A stretch of DNA of 62,578 nucleotides, filler included, from Choristocarpus tenellus KU-1152 (lineage: Eukaryota; Protista; Phaeophyceae), in assembly GCA_964200185.2 (NCBI GenBank). It is 6 parts of 6 records of this genome, joined end to end, with 100 filler letters (N's around TTAATTAATTAA, not from the genome) between each part and the next. Parts side by side here need not be neighbours in the genome. Positions count along the whole stretch, not along the records: positions 32,999 to 62,578 come from CAXNAD020000105.1; 5 more parts are not named here. One strand, given 5' to 3'. Shown one piece after another: positions 40,729 through 52,639 of the stretch. Position 1 is the first letter of the stretch; each line of letters opens with the position of its first letter. The notes beneath the pieces were generated by a model. The model saw nothing but the letters and a program-made list of their open reading frames with translations. It made no database searches and was not told where the DNA came from. A program made the translations under genes and the position numbers.

Positions 40729-40867
40729 AGTCCTGTGTGTATGTTGTCGTAGTTGGAACCTCCTCGCTTATTCAGAACTGGATTTGCACACCTTTTTCAG
40801 GCGCTGCATAATTTGTTTTTAGTATTTGACATAGGACAAGCGATGGGTTGTTTGACACCTTGGGGTG
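40729..40867. promoter_or_regulatory. Putative compact bidirectional promoter/5'UTR region
   Basis: Only 139 bp separate the divergent ATGs at 40728 (-) and 40868 (+). Confidence 0.55.
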
Positions 40868-43807
40868 ATGAAAAGCTACCAGGACGGCCGTATATCTTTA
40901 CCTACACCACCACATGTTCCTGCTATACCCAATGTCAAGGACTTTATCTCGTCTCTTAGGTCTGTTTCGGTGCGAAATATCTCTTCCAAGTGGGGGCATG
41001 GTCAAGGTCGAGACACTCCCCGTGACACCGGAAGTGGAGATCATCGATTAGATAGATCTCGGTGGGTGGGGTATGAGAGGAGTATATATAGTGGTGGTTC
41101 TACGGCTTCTACGCCGAACAAGCAGACTGGAGAAGAAACTAATGGGGGAGGAGGGGTAATGGACGAAATCCCAATCACAAAATTCGGACCCAATGTAACA
41201 CCAGCTTTGGGACCTCTACCCAACCTCCGATGTCGCCTCTGCTTGAATTTGCAAGGTAATATACCTGAAAGCATTATCGTATGTGGTTGAAGCCCTTGCG
41301 ATTGTTGATGTGCGGTTGTCGTTGTTTGCAGGTAAAAGAAGCTTGTGCTCATTCTAGTGCTTGTCCACTCTGTACGACTGAACAGGTCCTGATCCGCGCC
41401 CCTTTATCAACCTCAGGGCAGAGAAAAGAAAGCGAAGGATCTGTAATTTACAGTAGCCACGCGTGCCCTTCAACTGTAAACCCAACTTGGATGATCCCTG
41501 AGACAGCATGGCTCCAGACACCACCAGATATAGACATGGAAAATACCACCTGTAAGTCTTCCATGTTACCCTCATGCCCTACCACTTACCCGTCCCTTTG
41601 TTGTTCGTTTGTGACTCAAGTTTCAAATACACGCACTTCCGATACACCACAATATGAATACAGCGCCCCCGAGTTCTTCTGTCAATTGATATGAAGGCTT
41701 ATCGCTATGAGACAATTTGTATTGGTGCTGGAATATGTTGATCACTCCCAACATACACATGTCAGAATTGTACTTTTTTCTCCCTATGATTTATTCTACC
41801 TGTCGTTTACTGTAATTAATAAAAATACGCCATTATGGGTCGGGATTGCTGTGGTGTACTTCAAACCCGGGGTCATGGCCCACAATGACCTTAAACAAGA
41901 GTGGGACCATTGCCTGATTGTACATTTTTCTGAATGGTCCACTCCCTGACTGCAAGTATTTTGTACAGTCGGGTTCATGGACTAGGCAGGTGAATATCTC
42001 TACTCGGGATAGGGGTGATGGAATGCTTTTTCTTTCCTCACCACAGTAAGAATGTAGTTGGTGTATAGTTGTTGATGGTTCTACTTTGTTTTGTGTGTAG
42101 TCATGCTCTCTCTACTATGTGCTGTTTTGATACAAACCTTCTTTTTCCCATAGTTTTTTCTCTGCTGGTAGAGTTTTTTTTTTGTGAACATGTCAATTAA
42201 TAGTTCAAGGCATATTTGTACAAGTTTTTGCCAGTTTTTGTATCTTGACCCGCCTCAACCCTATCCTGACCAGCTGGGGCAATATATCATGAGCCGTTAT
42301 TACCTGCAAATTGCACACATATTTTAAACCGAGTGGTGGTACTCTGTCAGCATGTCCTTGGAATTTTTTTGGTTTGGAATCTGTACTAGAGTGGAAGGTG
42401 TAATCTTGTTATTTATAGGTACCATTCCTAGTGTGTTCTTCACCCCCCTCACGAAATGGGTGAGATCTTGTGACATGAGAAAGTGACACTCTTCAATTGG
42501 TGTGGAAGTGTGGTACAGATATCATAAAGATATGAATTTATAAAATGCGATTCAGTGCTCTCAGTTTCCCACAAGTGTTTCATACTTTTCAGACAGAATG
42601 GTGAAGGGGTGATGTTCCTGTATTTTTTAGTGATTTGGAAATAATAGTGTAGCTAGACCTATAATGCCGATGCTGGTGTTGACCACTTTCCCAATACAAC
42701 CACCTTGTTAACAGCCATTGAACAGACAAGAGCGGCCTACTAACCCTAGCCCTAACCCTAACCCTGACAGAAACACCTATTGTTACTTTTTGTTACTTTT
42801 TCCGATTTAGGGGTGACAGTACAAGTTTCAGCTGTCGGTAGCACAGGATCTGACAGCTCCAGGGGAGAGAGAGCCGGTGCACCCAGTTCCAGAGGCATTT
42901 CTGAGGGAGTGTGGAAATTTAGGGAGCAGGATATGGGGCACCTGTGGGACTTAGAAGTTGGGGGAGAACCTGTGTGCGGTTTTTCATTTGATGTTCGACA
43001 TCTTGTGGCATTGTCCTCTGGGATGACCGCTTTGCATCTGCCGCCTCTGCCCCCGGACTGCCTTTTTGTTGACATGGGTGACCGCGGGCTCTTTGCACTA
43101 GGTATGTTGGTTTGGTCTTGATGAGATTTTCCTTTAGGGTTAGAGTTACTTGTTGTTGTTACTCGTGGTGTTAGGGTTAGGGTTAGGGTTAGAATTGTTA
43201 CTAGCAGTATAGGCAGGTTTGTTAGAATTGTTACTAGTATAGGCAGATTTGATCTCGCACTGCTAGTCCTTGCTACATGGGTCAGCGGCCATGATGGGTA
43301 GCTATAGGTGTGTTGGGAATAAATCAGTCAGGGGTTGCACGCCTTGAGTGTATTTGCGATGAGAGTTTTATTATCCTGGAAATAGGCTATGGACGTTTTC
43401 TGGCCAGCGCTCTCATTTGAAAATTTTCTTTCTCCTACGCAATGTTGAGGTAAACCTTTGTACCCTAACCCTAACCCTAGGAAAGTTGGAGCTCATGCTT
43501 AACCCTGTGTTGAAGGCACCTGCCTATCAGGGGCTTCCTATTGAACTGTTTCCAATAACAGATTCATGTTTCTGGGTTAACGTAACCCTATCCCTGATTT
43601 TTTTTGTGGTAGCCTCTGTTCTGCCGTCTTTGATATTTTTGAACTCGTCCTTCCAAATTCACTCAGTTTAACCAATGCCAATTTTCTTGTCTTTCTGAGT
43701 ATTGTTGTTATTGGCTTCATTACTATGAATAATTGTAAGAGCACATTGAGGGACAGATATGTTTGCTGCGGGGTAAAACCATATATCATAGTTGTATAAT
43801 CATGTAG

Positions 43808-43845
<38 letters not shown>

Positions 43846-46800
43846 TAGTTGTATAACCATGTAGAGGCTTTCTATCCGTGTAGATATATCTTTTTACACT
43901 GAGCCTCCCATCCCTCTAATCGTATTGTTGTCATTATTTGCAAAGTAATAAGAACAACATCCATTGTAATGATTACGCCTCTGCGTGCAGACTCGGTAGT
44001 TGAATCCCTTACTGCTATGGGAGGCAACAGTGGCATCTTTTCCAAGGGAGTCCCTAGCAGAGGAGTGACACCAGAACAGCTGGAGCAGCAGCAGGAACAG
44101 GAAGCTCTAGAGGAGGTGAGAATCTCATCATGATTCATCTGCATCTTGCACTGGTAAATGGAGGAGGTGAGGATGAATCTATGATCAATTTGTTATCACA
44201 ACATTTAGATGATGAGGAGTGGAGAAGCAATCTATGATCCATTTGTACATCACGTTATTGGATGGAGGTTAGGGTTAGGGAGTGAGAATGGATGTTTGAT
44301 CCATCTGTGTATCTCGCTACTAAGTGGGGTTAGGGTTAGGGAGGTGAGAATGAGCACATGATCCATCTATCAGTGTGACTGATGCCTGGTGCACTAGGTA
44401 TGTGACATGTTGATGTTTCTGTAGTTGATCATCTACACTTCATCATTTGGCTCACGCCCATACCTTATATCTGATCATCAACAGTAAAAACATTCTATAT
44501 TTCTTTATGGATAATATTTTTTGATGATTACAACTTCAATTAATTCGAGTTTTTCGCCAGGTTGGCAATTACAAATGGTCTTACAAATGGTCTTACAAAT
44601 GGTCTTACAAATGGTCTTGTCTGCTGACCGGACCGGTCGCAGAAGTGTTAAACATGTCCTGGTCCATGTCCACTAGGTATTGACCTGGTTCATTTCCACT
44701 AGGTGTTGAACTGGTCCATGTCTACTAGTTGTTGAACTGGTCCATCTCTGCCAACTGGACCAGGTCAAACATTATTTAACATGTCTGGACCATGCCAACT
44801 GGGTATTTTACTGGTCCTCCGGTTTATCTTTTTCCTTTCATGTTTGGACCATCCCTAACCCTAAGCAGCAAGTCTTAACTTTTCTTCTGGCATGTATAGA
44901 CCATGTCCACTATGTCTTGTACTACTCCAATTTGAATTTGTTTGGCTACTCCATGTGAGCAGTGAACAATGCCTAAGACATTTCGAAGGTAAAGTTATAC
45001 TTAGGGTTAGGGTTAGGCAGTATGTGCATATAGATAGTACTCTTTCAAATCATCTCTGACTTTTCTTGGTTTGAAATCATTAACAATATATACGTATGTG
45101 TGTGTATGTGCAGTGAGAATGTGTGGAGACATGTATGTGTGGAAATGTTTCTAAGTTTACATACATACTATTTGCATGTTGGCCATTGATGAATAAGTGA
45201 CTGTATCTATTCCACATGAAATAATCCTCTGAAGATCAGATACCACAATATTAACTAGTGAATTATTTGCAGGTGAAGAAGATTTAAACAATTTAAACAA
45301 TTTAAACAATTTAAACACGATCTCACTCTTTTCTTGCGTGATGTGTATTACCTCAATAGTAACAAGAGCTGCATTCTTAACACATGTTTAAAATGATAAA
45401 TGATGCAATATCTTCACTGGTCACTTTCTTCTGGCATGGTCACACTTTCACATGAGATTCCTCCTGCTTGGTTGCTAGCACTCCCATCTCCCATCACAGC
45501 TTAGCCACCTCCTTATTAAGGTACCTTATTAAGGTTAGGGTTAGGGTTAGGTACCTATTGTCACGCAAATGCATCAGTTTCTTCAACATAATGGAATCTA
45601 ACCCTAACCCTAACCCTAACCCTTTAATGTAAGGTGGTGAGTGTGAGGCTAAGGCTTGATATTTCTCTACGTACTCAAATTGATAACTTTTGCCATCAAC
45701 CCCCATGATGCCATCAACCCCCATGATGCCATCAACCCCCATGATGCCATCAACCCCCATGATGCCATCAACCCCCATGATGAATCCTGGCAAACATGGC
45801 CGTAACAGGCATTTGTGGAGCCTGTAATACCTTGCTCTCCTCGTCTGCCTTTGCCATTGCCTTCTCTTTCCAGTTCATGAAAAGGTCAAACTCTTTACAG
45901 CCTGATACTTCCTCCTCTTTGAGAACTGGTTGAGTTCCTGTCTCAGGACCTCAGAACGTTTGACCATTCTTGGAAGGTCCTCCTAGCCTCGCCATATTTA
46001 CGCCATCTTTACGCCATCTTTATGCCATCTTTTCGCCATCTTTATGCCATCTTTAGAGGTGTTGCACCTCGTGGTGCTCCACCCTCAACAGCTTCTCCTC
46101 AGTCATAGACCCAGGTGGCGTTGGCATAGGATCAGATTCATCACTGCCTAACATGGCAACTAAACCTTTGTCTCCCAGATCTGCATCAAAAAGAGAGTTC
46201 CGGTTGTCCTCACTTCAGCAACAGTTTTTTTTTTCAACCAAGAGCCCCCATTAGTGTACAAGTCTACCCTGCAGTCTTTGGTATGGGGGCCAAGAAAGGA
46301 TGCCATTTGCTCCTAGTCGATGCTTGCCTGACAGAGCTTTCACTCCTTCCTATCCTCAAGGAGAATCCTGAGGAACACTTGTAAAGCGTCAATGAGACTT
46401 CCCACTGGTAAATCCTCAAAGCGTTAGGGTTAGAGCATCATCTCCATTCGTCCAGTAGTTCTTGGTGGGGTGTGTATCCTCAGTGTAGATGTTAGTGAGG
46501 TCAATCAGCAAGCAAGTGATTCTGCTCATGAAACCATCATGCCCGCCCTAAAAAAGGGCTGTGGCATCCATTGCCATGTTGGTAAGACTGACTAGTTGGC
46601 GCAAGAGTACCCACTCCTTGCCATGGAGACACCTCCTGACATTTTTTAGGTGTTTCTTGTAACATCTCACTGTCGCCGGTTGGAGATCAAGGAGGCGTTT
46701 GAATACCTGCAGGTGGATCCAAACCTATATACGGATGAGCCACATAAAAATGACGGGAAATGGATAGGGTTAAGGAATATGTTAAGGAGAATGGGCAGAG

Positions 46801-49800
46801 TTTAGACACAATACAGAAAAAGCTTCTCTTTTTCAATGGATGAAGGTGCAAGGCACGAAGGATATCATGCCATGGGTTTCAATTTTGAAGATTTAATTTT
46901 GAAGTCTTAACGACGACCTCGAAGATCAGGCATGAAAGTAGGGTTAGGGCTATCACTACTCACTACTCGGTGGGTGGGTGCCTTACAACATTGAGGTTAT
47001 TCTGCTCCACACCCCTTCCTAACCCTAACCCTTCCATGTCCTGCATACCAGCAAGCCTGTCTTACATTGCTTCAGCCTCACCAATGAGCTCGAGGATGAC
47101 AAATCATCTTGAGCATTGTACAGGTCATCTGCAGGTCATCATTTCTGACCACGGAGTGACTATATTCTTACACCATTGCAGCTCCTCTCTTCAGTAGTTC
47201 CCTGCCTGCCTTGTTCTTACCCATCTTTTGGTACCGTTGATACTGAGTGCCCACGTAAGAGGAGGGAGTGTTCAGCCTTGACACGGAATGCATTATTGCA
47301 GGTTAGGGTTAGGATACCCTTGGGTCAAGTAGGCATTGAGGGTGTGTGCTCCCTGGTCAGCAGTCCTGGAAAGAATATTGTCACATAGCTGTGCCTCCTC
47401 ACCCATAGAGCTGCTGAAGTACTCACTCACAATAATCTGTATACTGTATACTTCTACTGTATACAGTACGCTGTACGCAGGAGGTAGCAGACACAGAAAG
47501 ATTGAGATGTGAAAGATTGAAGCGTAAAATTCCAACAGTCACGACTCTAAAAATGTTTTGATAAGAAAGTGAAGCTTCATATCTCAAGAAAAAACAGGAG
47601 GAATAGAAACCAATATTGCCTTGATTTCTAAAGAGTGAATCACTACTATAACTAAATTTAAATACAAATCATGCACTGCAATTTAGAATTACGTGTTCAG
47701 GACTTCCAACAATGTGCTTCTCAGATAATCATACAAAAGATGATGGGGCAGGGCACAGGACAATGTTCAGTTGACCTTCTGGAGCTATAGATTGGTTTCT
47801 GAATGATTGTGCTGCCCAGAAAATGGCACAGCTCCCATGGAAAGGTGCTCAACATCCATCAAGAGCAACTTTAACTGGGAAGTGTACCTTGTTCTGGGCG
47901 TTGCACGCATTCAGAAATGAAGCTATCAATCCAGAAGGTTGAAGAAAATTTCCCTGGGACCGCCTCAAAGTACCAATACAGTACTTGACTGCAGCAACAA
48001 TTTGAAGTCAAGTTGAGACCCTCAAAAAAGGGTTTGAGTATCCAATCCACAAGCACTCTTCACATTGCATGTGCAACCTTTTAATGACGCTGTTTTGAAC
48101 CTCCACATAAAGCTCAAGAAGCACTTTAGTGAATGTTGCTGGGTGCATGGGTGATGTGGCATGACATGGTGAAAAGTCACCCATATCGATCATCTGACCT
48201 TAGTAAACCCTTATCCTCTCTGCTTGACAATCTTTGAACAATTTCAATGTCAAATATGCGGCTGAGTTCAATGCACCCAGATTTGGGTATGACAGGTCCA
48301 GACATGAACCAAGCAATCCCTTGCCTGCTGTCACCTGTCCAGAAAAAGGCGGTGACAAGTAAAACAGAAGTTTCAAGTATAGTATGTAGGGTTAGGGTTG
48401 GGGTTAGGGTTAGGGTTAGGGAGGATCTGACCAAGAAGTGATAAATTTATTAGTTTCAAGATACAAATGGTCAAATGTCAAGTCATCTACAGTTTGTAGT
48501 TTGCAGATCATATTTGTCTGCTGATAGTACATTTTAAGAAAAATCACGAGGTACAAAGTTTTAGAAAAATAAGAGAAAAAGCCAGAAAACGTTTTAGACA
48601 GAAACCTACCCGAAACAGCTCCAGTCTTAGCTTTCTTTGTTGCCCTTGAGCTCTTTGTTTCCTTCTTTTAGGTGTCAAACTTGTGCTTGTGTACTTGATG
48701 AAGAGACTATAATATATCTTTGTCCTGTTTGCAATCACAAAAATATAAAAATATTCTAACACTTTGCCAATCACAAAAAATATAAAAATACTCTAACCCC
48801 CTTTGTTGCTTTCTTCCCCTTGCCCCCCTTGCCCTAACCCTGCACCACCACCTGATCCTTTGCATTTGGGTCTTGACTGTTCTTTGTGATCTTGAAGAAC
48901 TCTAAGATTGGAGATACCTCGGTGTTGGGTCTCTCACGTTTCCCAATAATGTCCTAAGAACATCCTCTGCGCCAACGTAATACTTTTGAGCACATGTGAT
49001 ATTACCTACCTTACGAGAATATAAGTGCAGAGTGTCTGAACATAGTACCGAGTGTCTGAACATACCATCAGGTGTCGCTACCACTTTGGTCATCAATGTC
49101 ACTACTATTGCTGCAACCACTGTCACTAAGACTGTCGCTGTCTCTGCCTCTATCTCCATTGCTGGCACTATTGGTACTGGCAGCATCTCCGCCGCTGTTC
49201 ATTGCAACTCAATTGTCTATCTCTCCTATCAGGGTTAGGGGTGTGTTCGCTTAACTTCGTAGTGTCCACCGTGGGGTATGAATGTGAGGCATTGCCACAA
49301 AATCGGAAATCAACAATCAACTCGGCGACCTAACACCAAACTTACAACTTACAACTTACTAGGATTTTATTTAAAATTTTTAATAGTTACTTACAGTGTA
49401 AAATAGAACAATAGAAAATAATGTTGAATTATCAAAATGTATATTATATGATACTTGCAGTGGTCATATAGGATACAAGAAAAAAGTGGAGTGAAAAGTA
49501 AATAGAGAGGCATGACCAAGACGTGGCTAGCCTGAGTGTCCAAAAACATCATCTGACTAACCACTGATGAAAATTTCTAACGTGGCCGAGTTCATGGCTG
49601 TCACTACTGAACCATGAAGGGAGCCGCCGGTCAGTCATCTTAACCCTAACCCTAACCCTAACCCTAACCCATGTTCAATGAAGTTCGGACACTACCGAGT
49701 TCATGACTATTGACTGTTTCAAAATGACATCACCATATGACCAACAGCGGGTATGCTATCTGTCCAGCTTAAAAACCCCTGGAATTTATGCTGGTGTACC

Positions 49801-52600
49801 TTGAAATGTCACTATAGCATGTGGGAGAGAGGTCCATACCTCTTTTTAAAGTGACTACTGGTGATAGGATTGTTGCATTAATATGGGCAGTGTGTATGAT
49901 GTATGTTGTGTAGTGCCCTGCTTGGTAGGGCCGTGGTTGAGACTGTTGGAATACCATTCACAAGTCACATATGTGGCAAAATATGTACATCATAGACTGA
50001 TCCATATTTTAGTTGTCTGTTGTTTTGTCATCCATGTTAGGGATAGGGTTAGGGTTAGGGTTAGGGGTTATGAATTTCAAATTCGATTGCATTTTTGTTG
50101 GTGCAGTACATGGTTAGGGGTTAGGGATGGTGTTGCTAGTATTTTGAAGTATAAACAGATGCTATTGTAATGGAGTGTGACATTTTGATTTCATGTGATT
50201 AACATTAGGGTTGACATAGAATGTTTGACTTGGAGTGCATTGTACTAGTGTTGCCATGAAAAGTTTCAATATTCTGTAGTGCAGGGGTTAGGGTTAGGGT
50301 TAGGATTTGAAATGTAGTGACGCTGTCATAGGGCGTATTTTAGTGGTACGTAATATTTGTTAGTAGGGTTAGGGTTATAGTCGAATGACAGGGGGATCCT
50401 CAAGACAGATACCCTTGCATAGTCAGAACAGAGCACAGAACACCCCAAGCAGTTGAGGAGAAAAGGTGCTGGTGACTTTGAAATCTCAACACACTTTGAA
50501 ATACTTCAAGAACACCCTGCTACATTTTGTTGTACTTAATCTATTTTGATATTGATAGTAATTCCTAAATGTTTTAGGGTTAGGGTTACCTCACCACCTA
50601 CCCTAATCCTATTCCCAACTAGAAGCAGTATTAATAGTATCAATAGTATCAATACGCAATACCGAGAAGAATGTTAAGGAAGTGATAAGGGTTATTGTAT
50701 GGTCTTGTTGGAGAAGAGAGTAGTACCTATAATCTGGTTAAATAGTGCCGTAATTGGACTGTAGTACGGGAAAGAAATCATTTGACCTTGTAACCCTAAC
50801 CCTTGACTTCAGTCTTTCTTGTAGGCCACACTTAGGGAGGATGTATGAGGAAGATGTCAAGAAGTCTTAGGGTTAGGGTTAGATGTCAAAGAGTCTGCTG
50901 TGCTGCATGTATACTTAGATATGTTTCAAAGATGTTTGATATGCAAGATATTATTTTGAGGAGGATTAGGCTTAGACTCCAAAGGAAATATCAACAAGTA
51001 GTGGAACTAACAGAGGCATTCTTCTGTACTGACATTGTACCAATGTACCTCTGTACTGACATTTTACCAATGTACCGCTGTACTGACATTGTACCAATGT
51101 ACCTCTGTACTCACATTGTACCAATTTACCCTTGTTACGGTAGCTGCTGCAAAGGGTGAGAGTCCAGGAGGCTGCTGCTGAAGAGAGGCGTGCTGAGTTA
51201 AGTGCTGCACTGATAGCTTCGGATGTAGGTCAGAAACAACAGTTTGAGGCGGCTAGGAGGGACAACTCTATTACCAGATTAAGGCAGGAGCTGGCTGAGC
51301 AGGAGGTAGGGAAATTGTTCATAATTGCTGATGTTCTGTCCTTTAGGCATTTTTACAACACAGCAATAGAATGCTGGAGTATATATTCACACTAGTAATT
51401 GCATTGACTCAGGTTAGGGTTAGGGTTACAATTGGTTGGGTTTTTTCCGGACTATGGACTATGGACTATGGTGAAAAAATACTTCTGGCATGTGGTGTTG
51501 ATATTTCGCATCAAAGCTTGCATAGACAAGGGAAGGGAATAATATGTTCATGTTGATATTCTTTGCTTTGCCCCACTTGTATCTGATGGAATACACTAAC
51601 CATTGCAGCATTTCTAACTTCCTGAATGTTTTTTTTAGAGTAGTAATAGTCTGCTGGAGTGTTGGTCATTTTTTGTTGAGGTTGGGTGCTGGTGTAGGGG
51701 AGGAAGTATTTAGTTGGTTGGCATCACTAACATGTTCATGTGTTATTACCTGGTTTTTGTTTAATTTTTCTCTTGCTATATGGTGTGGAGGTCAAAGTTT
51801 TGTTGTTGCATGGCATCTGGTGTGCAGGAAGTACCTTAGTGGCAGTTTCAACTGCTCCCTCTGCTGTTAATTTGTTGAGGTAGTGGTGATTGCACCTGCA
51901 CTTGTTAACCCTAACCTTAACCCCAAACTCCTTGAAGAGTAAACTATCAATGCCATACGCCTTTTGTCTCACAAAAAATGCTCATCATACTTCATTGGAG
52001 CGCGCCCATGTATAGAGTACAAAACCATGCTGTTTCTGTGAAGGGCACAAAATGCATGCATAGATGTTTTACTTCACAATGAGTTTTGGGTGTGTAGTGC
52101 CCATAGATCCCCAGCTGTAGCAGTGTCGACCCTTTACATTAAACAGGGAGGTGAACCTTTAACATTGGTTTATAACTGTAAATTTAGAAGGTTTGGGTTA
52201 GGGTACTCCCATGCTTGTGAGCTTTCTCCTGCAGTATGAACTTGGGAGGAAAACACCTGTCAGTTTAACCTCAACTCTTCTTTTTACTGGATAGGAGCTG
52301 CTAGAGTCTGAGGAGGCGAGCTTGATGAGGGAGAAGGATATACTGGAGGAGGAGATGGTCTGTGTCAACACTCTCCTCGGGAGTATTGAAACAGCAAAGG
52401 GTGAGAATATAGAAATATAAGGAAATACAACTATGCTCACATATATGCAAGTATGTGTGGGTAGTGGCCATGACTGAGAGGTGTGACCATTATCATAATT
52501 ATTGAAGGTAGTAAGATTGCAAGGCTTGGGTGTACATACATATGCCATTCTATTGTTGTAGATCTCGATTGTGTGTTGTGTTTCTTGCCTAGGCGCAGCC

Positions 52601-52639
<39 letters not shown>

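Noticed and set aside
45494-45793. ORF with (GIMGVD)n and GLGLGL/LTLTL repeats
   Set aside because: It is a translation of an 18-bp minisatellite and telomeric tracts, not a protein.
47176-47388. Plus-strand ORF as an extra UVRAG exon
   Set aside because: It lies within the antisense hAT remnant, has no convincing acceptor, and the gene model is in phase without it.
50825-50842. Possible 18-nt UVRAG micro-exon (ATLRED, tag/gtatga)
   Set aside because: It is phase-compatible but too short to support without transcript data.
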